A DNA stretch of 64,000 bases, taken from contig JBPOJE010000011.1 of NCBI GenBank assembly GCA_052033935.1, positions 2,909 through 66,908 on the forward strand, in the 5' to 3' direction. The stretch is from Armatimonadota bacterium. GTDB taxonomy: Bacteria > Armatimonadota > UBA5829 > DSUL01. The translations under genes and the position numbers were made by a program. The notes below the pieces were generated by a model that saw only the letters and a list, made by a program, of their open reading frames with translations, searched no databases and was not told where the DNA came from. This document shows, in pieces, positions 28,856 through 39,960 of the stretch (within the stretch, counting starts at the first letter, position 1; each line of letters starts with the position of its first letter).

Positions 28856-31597
28856 CTACGGGCAGGACTCTAGGAATCTGACGTAGTCGAGCGCGACGCT
28901 GGCGCCCGCGGCGTCGGTCATGTCGACCCGGACCGAGCGGACTTTGCCGCTCCATCGCGGAACCGTGGACAGATTGATTCGGTAGACGCGGTACTGATCG
29001 CCGGGGGTGAGCAAGAACCGCGTGCTGCGCGGCTCGGTGAATCCGGCACCGGCGTGCGTCCAGAAGAGCTGCGCCTCCTTGCCCGCGCTCACCTTCAGTC
29101 GCAGTTCGATGCAGCGGAACTTCGATGCGTCGAGACTTCCCACGTCTATGTAGAAGGCGGGGTCGCTGTTCAGAGACGTTCCCACGAGCGCGCCGCCGCG
29201 GACAGCGACGTCCTTCATGTTCTGCGAGGCGGGCGGCCGCACCGCATCGTTGAACTCGAACGCGGTGGAAGGCTTCACGGGTTCAATGTCGTAGGGCCCG
29301 AGGCCAACATCGGAGGGAACGAGGTCTGTGTGCTCGCGCGGGGCGGTCGAGAAGACATCGCGCACGGCGTCCAGATAGCCAAAGCCGAACTCCGCCGTGG
29401 GTTCGATGTAGTCTCCCTCGCCGAACTCGTTCCAAGCCTCGGCAAGGACGATCTTCTTGCCCTGCGGCAGCCTGCGGCCCGGGGTGTCCACAAAGGCTTT
29501 TGCGTTCCGGAGCATCCTCGCGAACAGATCCGGGTGCTTGCCGGTGCGAACGCGGGCCGAATGCCCGTGCCACGGCCGCGAATCCCAGCCAGGATCGGTT
29601 ACGGGGATGTAGGGAACAGTGCTGAAGCGGTAGAGGCTGTCCCAGAACTCCTGATAGCCGGTGATGTTGTCGGAATACGGGGCGACCAGATTCCCCCCGT
29701 CTCCAGCGGACGGGTAGTTGTAGCCGGTCAGCGCATCGTACCCCTCCTGCTCTAGCACCTTGATGAAGGCATGGTGGGGATAGGTGCATGCGATGAAGTA
29801 CGCGGGGCCGACTCCGGCCTGACGGCAGAGTTCGCGCGAGCGATCGAGCGCTTTGCGCGTTCCTTCGATGCCCATGTCCTCGGTGAAACGCGATGGCGAG
29901 AAGATGATCACAACCGGCCGGCCATTCAGCTTGAGGTACTCTGACCGCTTGAAGTAGTTGTCTATCCAGTAGCGCGTCACCGCTTCCATGTCTTCTATGG
30001 ACGACGTATTCGGGGGGTTGTGGTTCGCCCAGAGCAGGCAGAATTTCATCTGGTTGAAGTATCGCGACTTCAGGAACCCGTCGTGCAGGGCGTGATCGAG
30101 GGAGCGCCCGCCCGCGTTCCAGTACCAGTCGAACACAAAAAAGCTGATGCCATGCTCCAGCGCCCACTTGATGTGCCAGTCGGCGACCTCCGGGTCGCCT
30201 TCGCGGTAGTAGCCGAGCAGGGGCCTCCGCTCAGGGAAGCCATCCAGCACCGTCCATCGCTCGTACGTATGCCAGCCGGGAAAATAGTAGCAGCCGACCA
30301 GGGTGTCGCCTGTCGGCGCCGGTTTCGGGGCGGGAACGTACGAAGCTGAGGTTGCGGTTCCGGCAGGCAGCGCAGGCTGCCAGCGCACAGTGGTGTTCGC
30401 CAATGCAGCGGGGGAGCCGGACGCCGCAGCCTGAACCCTGAGCGTCTCGGAAACAGCGGCGGAACTCGAAGCGGTCCAAGAATGGACTGCTTCCCCGCCT
30501 GGATCCAGTCCGGGGACCTCCCTCTCGAGCGCGCCGCTCACCGAGATGGACGCCGGGCGCGCGAGCCGGAGCTTCACCGGGCCGGTCGGCGCGCCTCCGG
30601 TATTTGTCAGGCGCGCCTCGATCTTTGTGCTCTTTCCCGCCCGCACCATCGGGTCAGCCAAGGCGAGAGCCGTGATGTTGAGTTCGGGGCCCCCTCCCCT
30701 GCCGCTTCCGAGCAACAGCGACTTCAGCGTGCACACCGCGCCCGAATCGCCTGGCGGCCCAAATCCCAGCGCAACAATGTTGCCGCCCCAGTTCTCGTCC
30801 GCGCCCATGTCGAGGTTGTAAACGTGGCTCTGCCCGTCGGGTTTGAGCCTGAACGAAACCGATTGAAGCCCCGGCTTGCGGTCGGTGACCCAGTAAAGCA
30901 GGCAGGTATCGCCCGCGGACGCGGTGAGGGTGACGGACACCCAGAGGTGGTTGTCGGCGGCGGCCCTGAGCGGCGGACTGAGGAGCAGAGGCTTCGCGCC
31001 GGTTGTGGTGAGACGCCAGCCCGAGGGCTGCCTCGATGTTACCGTGACATTCGAGGCCGCGCTCCAGCCGTTGTCCGATGCGTCGAAGCTCCACGCCGGG
31101 CGCGAGGCGACCGCGGCGGCCGGGGTTTCGAGCAGGCGGATGGCTTTCAGGGTAAACTTCGAGCCGCCGCCGTCCGGAGGGTCGAGACGGAGTTGGACTA
31201 TCCTGCCTTCCTGCTGCCAGAACGGATAGACGCGGTACTTGTGAAACCCGCCCGGCAGGGCCTCGAATGCTTCACTTTTCTCCTGCTCGAATCCGCCGTG
31301 GCGGCCCTCGGTGCTGTTCGCCCAGAACAGCCGCCAGTCTTCCCGGCGGCCGGTCTCGAGTTCGATCTCGATAAACTGGCGATTGCTGGCGGGGATGGAG
31401 AGGCCGCCGAGTGTGAACAAGGGATCGCTGCCGCGGGTTTCGCAGACAAGCCCCCTGGGGCCGGACTGGCATCTGGAGACGTCGGCATTCGCCTTCCATC
31501 CGAGCAAGGATCCGGCGGAGGCGAAGTCCCACACCCTGTCCGCGGAAGCAGGAACGCAGGCAAACAGGAGCAGAGTCGTGATTATTGCTTGCTTCAT
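28856..31597 (-). CDS. Secreted multidomain GH99-like/WbsX-type glycan-active protein with three CBM-like repeats (ATG 31597)
   Basis: Catalytic core VGCYYFPGW...PLLGYY.EGDPEV...[17 protein letters not shown]...FCLLWANH...[13 protein letters not shown]; signal peptide. Confidence 0.82.
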   Translation of the reverse strand: MKQAIITTLLLFACVPASADRVWDFASAGSLLGWKANADVSRCQSGPRGLVCETRGSDPLFTLGGLSIPASNRQFIEIELETGRREDWRLFWANSTEGRHGGFEQEKSEAFEALPGGFHKYRVYPFWQQEGRIVQLRLDPPDGGGSKFTLKAIRLLETPAAAVASRPAWSFDASDNGWSAASNVTVTSRQPSGWRLTTTGAKPLLLSPPLRAAADNHLWVSVTLTASAGDTCLLYWVTDRKPGLQSVSFRLKPDGQSHVYNLDMGADENWGGNIVALGFGPPGDSGAVCTLKSLLLGSGRGGGPELNITALALADPMVRAGKSTKIEARLTNTGGAPTGPVKLRLARPASISVSGALEREVPGLDPGGEAVHSWTASSSAAVSETLRVQAAASGSPAALANTTVRWQPALPAGTATSASYVPAPKPAPTGDTLVGCYYFPGWHTYERWTVLDGFPERRPLLGYYREGDPEVADWHIKWALEHGISFFVFDWYWNAGGRSLDHALHDGFLKSRYFNQMKFCLLWANHNPPNTSSIEDMEAVTRYWIDNYFKRSEYLKLNGRPVVIIFSPSRFTEDMGIEGTRKALDRSRELCRQAGVGPAYFIACTYPHHAFIKVLEQEGYDALTGYNYPSAGDGGNLVAPYSDNITGYQEFWDSLYRFSTVPYIPVTDPGWDSRPWHGHSARVRTGKHPDLFARMLRNAKAFVDTPGRRLPQGKKIVLAEAWNEFGEGDYIEPTAEFGFGYLDAVRDVFSTAPREHTDLVPSDVGLGPYDIEPVKPSTAFEFNDAVRPPASQNMKDVAVRGGALVGTSLNSDPAFYIDVGSLDASKFRCIELRLKVSAGKEAQLFWTHAGAGFTEPRSTRFLLTPGDQYRVYRINLSTVPRWSGKVRSVRVDMTDAAGASVALDYVRFLESCP

Positions 31598-31720
31598 GAC
31601 GCCGCGATTATACCACGACGGGCACAACGGGACCGAAGGAACCCATTTCGGCGGCAGGGGCGTTCTAAAGGGTGGAGAGGTAGGCGGCGGCGCTTCGTCT
31701 CAGCCACCGGGAAGCATAGG

Positions 31721-31729
31721 TGTTATAAT
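31721..31729 (+). promoter_or_regulatory. Extended -10 element upstream of ftsH
   Basis: TGT-TATAAT about 40 nt before the TTG start; GGAGG RBS follows. Confidence 0.5.
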
Positions 31730-31768
31730 CCGCTCATGGGTTGCCGGAGGAACCCCGGAGGTCACCAC

Positions 31769-33706
31769 TTGAACCGCAATTTCAAAAACCTGATCATGGT
31801 GATGGCGACGGTGATGATCGTTGTCTTCATTTCGCGGGGCGGCAGCCTGCGCGGCACGGTGAAAGAGACAACGGATGTCCCGTTCAGCGAACTCATCGCC
31901 ATGCTGCAGAGGAGCCCGTCGCCCGTCAACTCCGGCTACATCCAGAAGGATCAGTTCCTGTTCGAGGACAACAAGGAGAACTGCTTCCGAACGCGTATTC
32001 CCGACCCCGGAGACCGCGAGGCGCTCTACACGGCTCTCACCAACGCCAAAGTCAAATTCGAGCTGAAGCCGCCCGTTGTGTCGGACGCGATGCAGAACCT
32101 GCTTTTTGGGCTGCTTCCCATTCTGTTCATCGTCGGCCTCTGGATGTTCTTCCTGAAACAGGCGCAGCAGGGCGGCAACCAGGCCATGGCGTTCGGGCGC
32201 AGCCGCGCCAAGCGCGTTTCGGAGAACGTTCCGAAGGTGACGTTCGACGACGTGGCGGGGGTGGAAGAGGCGAAGACGGAGCTCGATGAGATCGTAGAGT
32301 TCCTCAAGAACCCGAACAAGTTCAAGGCGCTCGGCGCGAAGATTCCGAAGGGCGTCCTTCTGCTGGGGCCTCCGGGATGCGGCAAGACGCTGCTCGCCAG
32401 AGCGGTGGCGGGCGAGGCCGGCGTGCCGTTTTTCCATATCAGCGGATCGGATTTCGTGGAGATGTTCGTGGGGGTCGGCGCTTCGCGCGTGCGTGATCTT
32501 TTCGACACGGCGAAGGCGAACAGGCCGAGCCTTGTTTTCATAGACGAGATTGACGCCGTGGGACGCCAGCGGGGCGCGGGCCTCGGCGGCGGGCACGACG
32601 AGCGCGAACAGACCCTGAACCAGCTTCTTGTGGAGATGGACGGCTTCGATCCGAACTCGGGGGTCATTCTGCTGGCCGCGACGAACCGCCCGGACGTGCT
32701 GGACCCGGCGCTACTGCGTCCGGGGCGTTTTGACCGCCGCGTGATTGTGGACAACCCGGACGCTGTGGGGCGCGAGGCGATTCTGGGTGTGCATGTGAAG
32801 GGCAAGCCGCTCACGGACGATGTGAATCTGCAGTCGCTCGCGAGACGGACACCGGGATTCTCAGGCGCGGACCTTGCGAACCTGGTGAACGAGGCGGCGC
32901 TTCTGGCCGCTCGCCGCGAGAAGACGAAGATCAGCATGGAGGAGTTCGATGCGTCGGTGGACCGCGTGGTGGCTGGGCCGGAGCGCCAGAGCAGGCTGAT
33001 CAACGAGAAGGAAAAGCGCGTGGTCGCGTATCACGAGGTGGGACACGCAGTCGTGATGGAAGTGCTTCCGCACGGAGACCCCGTGCACAAGGTCTCGATC
33101 TTGCCGCGCGGGCTGGCGCTCGGCTACACGATGCCGCTTCCGGGAGAAGACAAGTATCTGACGACGCGCGACGAGCTGCTGGACGACATCACAGGACTTC
33201 TGGGAGGACGCGCGGCGGAGAAGCTCGTATTCGACGAGATGACCACCGGCGCGAACAACGACCTGGACCGGGCAACGGACATCGCCAGGCGAATGGTCTG
33301 CGAGTTCGGCATGAGCGAGGAGATCGGGCCGCTGACGCTGGGGCGCAGGCACGGCAACCCGTTCCTGGGGCGCGACATCATGGAGGACCGTAACTACTCG
33401 GAAGAAGTCGCGCAGAAGATTGACGTCGAGGTCCGCAAGATCATCGAGTCGTGCTACGATCGGGCCGTTGGAATCCTTACCACCCACCGGGAGAAAGTGG
33501 ACGAGATTGCGGAAGTGCTCATCGAGAAGGAAACGATCGAGCGCGAGCAGTTCGAGAAGTTGATGGCGGGCATCAGCCCGCGCGTGGCAAGCGGCTTGCC
33601 TGGGGACGAAGGCGGCAGTCCAGCCGCCCCGGAGGCTGGCGAGCCGCCGGAAGAGCCCCGGCGTGGCCGCGAGGTAAAGCCGAAGCTGGAACCCGGGATC
33701 GCGTGA
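31769..33706 (+). CDS. ftsH: ATP-dependent zinc metalloprotease FtsH (TTG 31769)
   Basis: Two TM helices; [42 protein letters not shown]. Confidence 0.97.
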   Translation: MNRNFKNLIMVMATVMIVVFISRGGSLRGTVKETTDVPFSELIAMLQRSPSPVNSGYIQKDQFLFEDNKENCFRTRIPDPGDREALYTALTNAKVKFELKPPVVSDAMQNLLFGLLPILFIVGLWMFFLKQAQQGGNQAMAFGRSRAKRVSENVPKVTFDDVAGVEEAKTELDEIVEFLKNPNKFKALGAKIPKGVLLLGPPGCGKTLLARAVAGEAGVPFFHISGSDFVEMFVGVGASRVRDLFDTAKANRPSLVFIDEIDAVGRQRGAGLGGGHDEREQTLNQLLVEMDGFDPNSGVILLAATNRPDVLDPALLRPGRFDRRVIVDNPDAVGREAILGVHVKGKPLTDDVNLQSLARRTPGFSGADLANLVNEAALLAARREKTKISMEEFDASVDRVVAGPERQSRLINEKEKRVVAYHEVGHAVVMEVLPHGDPVHKVSILPRGLALGYTMPLPGEDKYLTTRDELLDDITGLLGGRAAEKLVFDEMTTGANNDLDRATDIARRMVCEFGMSEEIGPLTLGRRHGNPFLGRDIMEDRNYSEEVAQKIDVEVRKIIESCYDRAVGILTTHREKVDEIAEVLIEKETIEREQFEKLMAGISPRVASGLPGDEGGSPAAPEAGEPPEEPRRGREVKPKLEPGIA

Positions 33707-33824
33707 CGGCCGCGCACCGGGAAAACCCGCCAGGAGTAAGACCCTGCTTTGCGGCAGCGCTCCAGAGGAGCCGGACTCCCTCGGGGCGCTGCTCTGTTAT
33801 GTGCGCCCTTTCGTGAACAGCCCC

Positions 33825-34733
33825 ATGCAACGTGAGCCGCTCTTTCTTTGTATCCCGAACTTCAGCGAGGGGCGTCGCCGCGCTATTCTGGACAGCATCA
33901 CCGGGGCGATTGCCGGAGCTGGCGCGACGGTTATGGACGCGTCCATGGACACCGACCACAATCGCGCGGTGGTGGCGTTTTTCGGAAACGCCGCGGGCGT
34001 GGAGAACGGCCTGATCGAGGCCGCGCGGGCTGCGGTGACGCAGATTGACCTGCGGGAGCATTCCGGAGAGCACCCACGCTTCGGAGCGATGGACGTGGCG
34101 CCGATCGTTCCGTTGCGGGACTGCTCGATGCCGGACGCGGTTGCGCTCAGCAGGGCGGTTGCGCGGCGGCTGTCCAGCGAACTGGAACTGCCGGTGTATC
34201 TGTATGAGAAGAGCGCATCGCGGGCAGAGCGTGAGAGTCTGGTCCGGGTGCGAAAGCTGGGCGCGAGGGGGCTTGGCGTGGCGCTGACGGGAGACAGCAC
34301 TCCGGACTTCGGGCCAGGGACGTTTCACCCCTCAGCGGGCGCGATTGCCGTGGGAGCGCGGAGCCCGCTTGTGGCTTACAACGTGAATCTGGACACGTCT
34401 GGCCCCGGCCCGGCGCGCAGAATTGCGGCGGCGATTCGCCATATGCGCGACGCCGGTGAAGGGATGACGGGAGTGCGGGCGCTCGGGCTGACGCTGGTAA
34501 GCCGCGGCATGACGCAGGTCTCGGCGAACCTCACTCAGCCGGACCGGTGCCCAGCGCGGCAGGTGTTCGATTTCGTGGCGCAGCGCGCAGCGGGCGAAGG
34601 CGTCGAGGCCGTGGAATCGGAGCTGATCGGCATTGTTTCGCGCGCGCATCTGCCACCCGAAGACGTGGCGGTGATGCGTTTCTCCGGGTTGAGGGAGACG
34701 CAGTTCATAGAGCACTGGACAGGGACAGATTGA
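33825..34733 (+). CDS. ftcD: Glutamate formiminotransferase (standalone FT domain)
   Basis: CIPNFSEGR, DTDHNRAV, HPRFGAMDV.P.VP, PVYLY, GAIAVGAR..LVAYNVNL, QVSANL. Confidence 0.88.
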   Translation: MQREPLFLCIPNFSEGRRRAILDSITGAIAGAGATVMDASMDTDHNRAVVAFFGNAAGVENGLIEAARAAVTQIDLREHSGEHPRFGAMDVAPIVPLRDCSMPDAVALSRAVARRLSSELELPVYLYEKSASRAERESLVRVRKLGARGLGVALTGDSTPDFGPGTFHPSAGAIAVGARSPLVAYNVNLDTSGPGPARRIAAAIRHMRDAGEGMTGVRALGLTLVSRGMTQVSANLTQPDRCPARQVFDFVAQRAAGEGVEAVESELIGIVSRAHLPPEDVAVMRFSGLRETQFIEHWTGTD

Positions 34734-34797
34734 CGGAAGAGGAAAGCTTCGAGGCAGCGCGGGCAGCGTTTCTGATGAAAGGACGTCTTTCAAACCC

Positions 34798-35790
34798 ATG
34801 ACGATATATTGCACGCTTGCGGCCCTCCTGGTCCTCCTCGTGCCGGCAGCGGGAGCGTACGCGGACTTCACGTTTGCTCACGTAACGGACATTCATGTAA
34901 CCGGCGACACTGCCCTCTACCCAAAGCTGGGCCTGAAGGACCAGAACTGGGTCAACGGAGGAGCTTGGAAGAACTGGGACACCAACCGGAAGGCGATCAC
35001 CGATGCGGTCAACCGGGCCAATCCCGATTTCGTGATCGTCACGGGCGACCTGAGTGAAACGGGCGCAAACATGGAATTCGCCAATGTGGCCGCCTGGGCG
35101 CGGAGTATCAAGGCACCCGTGTATCTCATTCCCGGCAATCACGACGCCACGTACCGGGCGCGGCCAGCAACGGCCGAGCCGTGGAACCCTAAGTCGGGCA
35201 ACCGCGGCCTTCTTAACTACGAGCGCATCTTCGGGCGCGGGTTCTACGCCTTTGGGCACCAGAACGCGTATTTCATCAATCTGACCTCCTACACAGGCGA
35301 CAAAGAGGTGAAGGGCGATGACTATCAGCTCCGCCGCCATCGTGAGCAGCAGCAGTGGCTGGAGCGGGAGCTGCGCTACGCGAACTCGGCGGGTTACCCG
35401 TTTGTGTTCGTATGCCGGCACCATCCATACGGAACCCAGCCGTGGATTGACAAGGCTCTCAGCGAAGCGGGCGTGTCGGGGTATATGTTCGGTCACATCC
35501 ACCGCTTTACGATTCCGGTTCACAACGGCGTCCAGTGGATCTCGGGGACATCCGTGAAGGGGCCGCGCGACAACCCCGCGAAGGCCCCCAGCTTCGGGCT
35601 GGTTTGCGTGGGCGCTGACGAGACAACGTATCAGCTTCTCGACACAGAGGGCAAGCCACTCGCCGCGCCGGTGATGATGCAGGTGAGGAAGACTTCTCCC
35701 GATGGTCTGTGGGCCACCCGAGCGCGGCTCTTCGCTAACCCACCCCCCGCGACGTGCGAGACGCTTCTTTCCGCCGCTGTGCCCGACTGA
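34798..35790 (+). CDS. Secreted calcineurin-like metallophosphoesterase
   Basis: Signal peptide; TDIH, VTGDL, PGNHD, HHP, GHIH. Confidence 0.88.
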   Translation: MTIYCTLAALLVLLVPAAGAYADFTFAHVTDIHVTGDTALYPKLGLKDQNWVNGGAWKNWDTNRKAITDAVNRANPDFVIVTGDLSETGANMEFANVAAWARSIKAPVYLIPGNHDATYRARPATAEPWNPKSGNRGLLNYERIFGRGFYAFGHQNAYFINLTSYTGDKEVKGDDYQLRRHREQQQWLERELRYANSAGYPFVFVCRHHPYGTQPWIDKALSEAGVSGYMFGHIHRFTIPVHNGVQWISGTSVKGPRDNPAKAPSFGLVCVGADETTYQLLDTEGKPLAAPVMMQVRKTSPDGLWATRARLFANPPPATCETLLSAAVPD

Positions 35791-35969
35791 CAGATCAGCA
35801 GCCGTGTGACGCGGATGAAGCGGGGCCAGTAGAGCCGGGCTGGCGACGAAGGACAAGCCGCCGCCCGCGTGTAAGATAAATGAGGGCGCGGCTGCGCGCG
35901 GGCGGCTGAGAGGCAGGCCGTTCTGACACCTGACGGCATCCCCAGAAGCATATTGCAGGAGCTAACGCA

Positions 35970-37241
35970 TTGACAAACCCCGAACCGGAAAGGCAGCAGG
36001 CCGCCGAAGCGGCCGTATCCGCCGCCATAAAACAGATTGACGCGCTTGCAGGTGACGCCCGCACGCTTCTGACGGAGATGATCCGGTTTCCGAGCGTTGG
36101 AGGCAAAGAGGACGAGGTCCAGGAGTTTCTGGCTTCGTGGCTGCGCGAACGCGGCATACCCGCGGAGATGGCACCTACCGACCCGGACATTGAATCGGAC
36201 CCCGACTATTCGCATCACTCGCTCGACGGCAAGCATGTGCCGAATCTGAAGACCTTTCTGCCCTCATCGGGCCGGGGGCGCAGCCTGCTTGTCAACAGCC
36301 ACACCGACGTCGTACCCGCCGAGAACCCGGCAATGTTCGAGCCGGTGGTGGATGGAGACATTATCAGGGGACGCGGCGCGGCGGACGCGAAGGGCCAGGT
36401 CGTGACCTGGGTGCTCGCAATGCTTGCGATAAAGCAGGCGGGCATAGAGCTGGACGGCGAATGCGTGGGCCTGGCGGTGACCGAAGAAGAGGTCGGAGGC
36501 AACGGCGCTCTGGCATGGGTGCGTCAGGCCGAGCCGCGCGATGCGGCGCTGGTGCTCGAACCGACGAGTTTCGGCATCCACCCCGCGAACCGGGGCGCCA
36601 TCTGGTTCAAGATCACGACGGAGGGCGTCCCCACGCACATGGGACGCTGGTGGGAGGGACAGAGCGCGTTCGAGAACCTGGAGGCCATTCTGGCGGCCGT
36701 TCGGGAGTGGGACGCGCGGCTGGTGGCTGAATCGCAGGGCGTGCCGCTGTTCCCGGACAACCCGAGCCCGGTGCATGTGAACATCGGCATGGTGCGGGCA
36801 GGCGACTGGCCGGCGAAGGTTCCCGCGACCGCAGAGGCGGAAGGAGGCGTCAGCTTCCTGCCGAACAAGAATCTCGGGCAGATTCGCGAGGAGATGACGG
36901 CAGTGGTGGCCCAGGCCGCCCGGCAGCGCGGAATCACGGCGAACGTCGTGTTCGAGAAGCTGCAGAACGAGGCGTATGCGACGCCGGAGGATCATCCGGC
37001 GGTGGCGGCGCTCCGGGACGCTTCGATGGCCGTCCGGGGCGCGGCGGACGTGACGGGCTTTCTGGCATCGTGCGATGCCCGGCTGTTCTATCACCGGGGC
37101 AAGATGCCGACGATTGTTTTCGGGCCGGGCGACCTGCTGATGGCGCATTCGGACATCGAGAGCATTCGGATGAGCGATATCGTGACAGCGGCGAAAGTCG
37201 TCGCGCGTTTTATACTGTCCTGGTGCGGGGTGGCGCGCTGA
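35970..37241 (+). CDS. M20 family ArgE/DapE-like deacylase
   Basis: NSHTDVVP, GRGAADAKG, EEEVGGNG, VLEPT, DARLF, FGPG...AH. Confidence 0.9.
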   Translation: MTNPEPERQQAAEAAVSAAIKQIDALAGDARTLLTEMIRFPSVGGKEDEVQEFLASWLRERGIPAEMAPTDPDIESDPDYSHHSLDGKHVPNLKTFLPSSGRGRSLLVNSHTDVVPAENPAMFEPVVDGDIIRGRGAADAKGQVVTWVLAMLAIKQAGIELDGECVGLAVTEEEVGGNGALAWVRQAEPRDAALVLEPTSFGIHPANRGAIWFKITTEGVPTHMGRWWEGQSAFENLEAILAAVREWDARLVAESQGVPLFPDNPSPVHVNIGMVRAGDWPAKVPATAEAEGGVSFLPNKNLGQIREEMTAVVAQAARQRGITANVVFEKLQNEAYATPEDHPAVAALRDASMAVRGAADVTGFLASCDARLFYHRGKMPTIVFGPGDLLMAHSDIESIRMSDIVTAAKVVARFILSWCGVAR

Positions 37242-37267
37242 GGGCGGACAAGGCAGGCAAGGACACA

Positions 37268-38344
37268 ATGAAGCAACCAGTAAGAATCGGAATCGTCGGC
37301 GCGGGCATCTTCGGACTGATGCATTTCCGCACGTTTTCGCAGATGGCGAAAAGGGGCGAAGTGGAGCTTGTGGGTTTCGCGGAACTCAAGGACGAGCAGC
37401 GGAAGCTGCGACAGGAGGAGTTCAGGGTTCCCGGGTTCGTCAGCCTTGGCGAGATGATCGAGAAGGCGAAACCGGAGGCGATCACCATTGTGACCCCCGA
37501 TCACACGCACAGGCCCGTGGCGCTGGAGGCAGCGGCGGCGGGCATGCACATCCTCACCGAAAAGCCGATGGACATGACCGAAGAGGGCTGCAAGGAGATC
37601 ATCGCGGCCTGCGAGAAGGCGGGCGTGTTCCTTCAGGTAGACTTCCACAAGCGCTACGATGCCGACCATCAGGCGGCACACGAGGCGGTGAAGGCTGGGC
37701 AGATCGGGACGCCGCTGTACGGAAACGCGCACATGGAAGACAGGATCGAAGTGCCGATCGAGTGGTTCCCGCAGTGGGCGCCGAACAGCTCGCCGGCCTG
37801 GTTTCTGGGAGTGCACTTCTTCGACGTGATCCGGTGGATCGTGGGGAGCGAGCCGGTTCAGGTGTTCGCGACGGGTTCGAAAAAGTATCTCAAGGAGCAG
37901 TTCGGTGTGGACACGTTCGACTGCGTGAATGCGAAGATTGACTTCGCGAACGGGTGCGCGTTTTCGTTTGACATGTCGTGGATCATTCCGCGCGGATTCG
38001 AGGCGGTTGTGAACCAGGGCTGCAGGATTGTCGGCACGAAGGGGCTGTTCGAGATAGACACGCAGGATCGAGGAACGCGGGCGTGCACAGATGAGACCGG
38101 CATGCGGACGTACAACAACAACTTCTTCAGGGAGTTCAAGGACAAACAGGACGCGACCTGGTACGGCGGGTACGGCATCGAGAGCATCGAGGACTTCGTT
38201 TACAACGTGCAGCATGTGAAGGAGCACGGGCTGGATTCGCGTCCGGCGGGTGTGTGGGCGGACGGTTTCGACGGGCTTCAGGCGACGCGCATGGCGGTGG
38301 CCGCGCACAGGAGCATCGAGGAGAAGCGGGTCATAGAGTTGTAG
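37268..38344 (+). CDS. Gfo/Idh/MocA family oxidoreductase (ATG 37268)
   Basis: IGIVGAGIFG, IVTPDHTH, LTEKPM, FHKRYD, LGVHFFD. Confidence 0.92.
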   Translation: MKQPVRIGIVGAGIFGLMHFRTFSQMAKRGEVELVGFAELKDEQRKLRQEEFRVPGFVSLGEMIEKAKPEAITIVTPDHTHRPVALEAAAAGMHILTEKPMDMTEEGCKEIIAACEKAGVFLQVDFHKRYDADHQAAHEAVKAGQIGTPLYGNAHMEDRIEVPIEWFPQWAPNSSPAWFLGVHFFDVIRWIVGSEPVQVFATGSKKYLKEQFGVDTFDCVNAKIDFANGCAFSFDMSWIIPRGFEAVVNQGCRIVGTKGLFEIDTQDRGTRACTDETGMRTYNNNFFREFKDKQDATWYGGYGIESIEDFVYNVQHVKEHGLDSRPAGVWADGFDGLQATRMAVAAHRSIEEKRVIEL

Positions 38345-38451
38345 CGCCCGCGGCGGGAGTGACCTTTTCGCCTCTGCGCCGGAGCACCGTGGACCGGACG
38401 GAGGACTTCCGGCGCTTCGGGCGAACATTGAAGTATCCAGTCAGAAAGGTT

Positions 38452-39960
38452 ATGCCAGTGTTACGAATCATTCTATTGCTTTGCATAATCACCGGGTGCC
38501 AGTCGTGCGCGAAGGCGCAGACACCGGCGGAGCCTTCGGCGATGCGCGAGTTCCGCGCGGTCTGGGTGGCGACGGTGGCTAACATTGACTGGCCGTCGAA
38601 GCCAGGGCTGCCGTCCGAGCAGCAGCAGAAAGAGCTTCTTGCGATACTCGACAAGTGCGTGGAGCTCAATCTGAACGCGGTGGTGTTCCAGATCCGGCCG
38701 ACGGCGGACGCGTTCTACAAGTCGGACCTAGAACCGTGGTCGGAGTATCTGACGGGCAAACAGGGCAAGGCACCCGAGCCGTTCTACGATCCGCTGCAGT
38801 TTGCCGTGGACGAGGCGCATGCGCGGGGCCTGGAGTTGCATGTGTGGTTCAACCCCTATCGCGCCCGGCATCCATCCACCAAAGGCGAGAACTCACCCAA
38901 CCATGTGGTCAAGAGCCGCCCCGACCTCGCCAAGAAGTACGGCAAGCACTACTGGCTCGACCCGGGCGAGCCGGACACGCAGAAGCATTCGCTCAATGTG
39001 ATTCTGGACGTCGTGCGGCGGTATGACATTGACGGCGCCCATCTGGACGACTATTTCTATCCGTACAAGGAGAAAGGTCCCGACGGCAAGGTGCTGGACT
39101 TCCCGGACGAGCCCGCTTACAAGCGCTATGTCGCGGGCGGCGGCAAGCTCTCGCGCGATGACTGGCGGCGCGAAAACGTGAACGTGTTCGTCAAGGACCT
39201 CTACGACGCCATCAAGGCCGAGAAGAAGTGGGTGAAGCTGGGGCTCAGCCCGTTCGGAATCGCGCGGCCCGGAAAGCCCGAGGGAATCACGGGATATGAC
39301 CAGTACACGCAGCTCTACGCGGACACCGAAAAGTGGCTGCGCGAGGGATGGGTGGACTACTGGACGCCTCAGCTCTACTGGCGCATTGACCAGAAGCAGC
39401 AGAGCTATCCTGTGCTGCTGAAGTGGTGGGCTTCGGTGAACACGAAGGGCCGGAACTTCTGGCCGGGCAACTTCACGGGCAAGGTGAGCGACCCCGAGGG
39501 CAGCTCGTGGAAGGCCGAGGAGATCGTGAACCAGATCAAGCTCACCCGCGAAACTGCTGGATCGAGCGGCAACGTCCACTTCAGCATGCGCGCGTTTATG
39601 CAGAACCGCGGCGGAATCAGCGACGTCCTGAAGAATGGGCCATACAAGACGCAGGCACTGGTTCCGGCTTCGCCGTGGCTGGACAGCAAAGCGCCCGCAA
39701 AGCCGGAGGCACGGGCCGACAAGGGCGCGCTGACCGGCGCGCTGACGATCAGTTGGAAGCCCAGCGACAGCGAGCAGCCCTGGCAGTGGGTGGTTTACAC
39801 CCAGGGCGAGAGCGGCTGGACCTACAAGGTGCTTCCTGGCTCGAAGAGTTCGCTGACGCTTGCGGGAGTGAACGCGGACAGCCATCCGCGCTCGGTGATG
39901 GTGAGCGCGGTGGACCGCTGCGGAAACGAGAGTGAGAAGGCTCTCGTCACAATGCCCTGA
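38452..39960 (+). CDS. Secreted glycoside hydrolase-like 10 (GHL10; YddW/DigH-like) protein
   Basis: EFRAVWVATVANIDWPS, LNAVVFQIRP, DPL..AV.EAH.RGLELH.WFNPYR, YDIDG.HLDDYFYPY, DY..PQLYW. Confidence 0.9.
   Translation: MPVLRIILLLCIITGCQSCAKAQTPAEPSAMREFRAVWVATVANIDWPSKPGLPSEQQQKELLAILDKCVELNLNAVVFQIRPTADAFYKSDLEPWSEYLTGKQGKAPEPFYDPLQFAVDEAHARGLELHVWFNPYRARHPSTKGENSPNHVVKSRPDLAKKYGKHYWLDPGEPDTQKHSLNVILDVVRRYDIDGAHLDDYFYPYKEKGPDGKVLDFPDEPAYKRYVAGGGKLSRDDWRRENVNVFVKDLYDAIKAEKKWVKLGLSPFGIARPGKPEGITGYDQYTQLYADTEKWLREGWVDYWTPQLYWRIDQKQQSYPVLLKWWASVNTKGRNFWPGNFTGKVSDPEGSSWKAEEIVNQIKLTRETAGSSGNVHFSMRAFMQNRGGISDVLKNGPYKTQALVPASPWLDSKAPAKPEARADKGALTGALTISWKPSDSEQPWQWVVYTQGESGWTYKVLPGSKSSLTLAGVNADSHPRSVMVSAVDRCGNESEKALVTMP

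Noticed and set aside
30482-31768. 430-aa N-terminal extension of FtsH in the ORF track
   Set aside because: It overlaps the opposite-strand GH99-like gene. A promoter element, RBS and TTG at 31769 give a normal FtsH.
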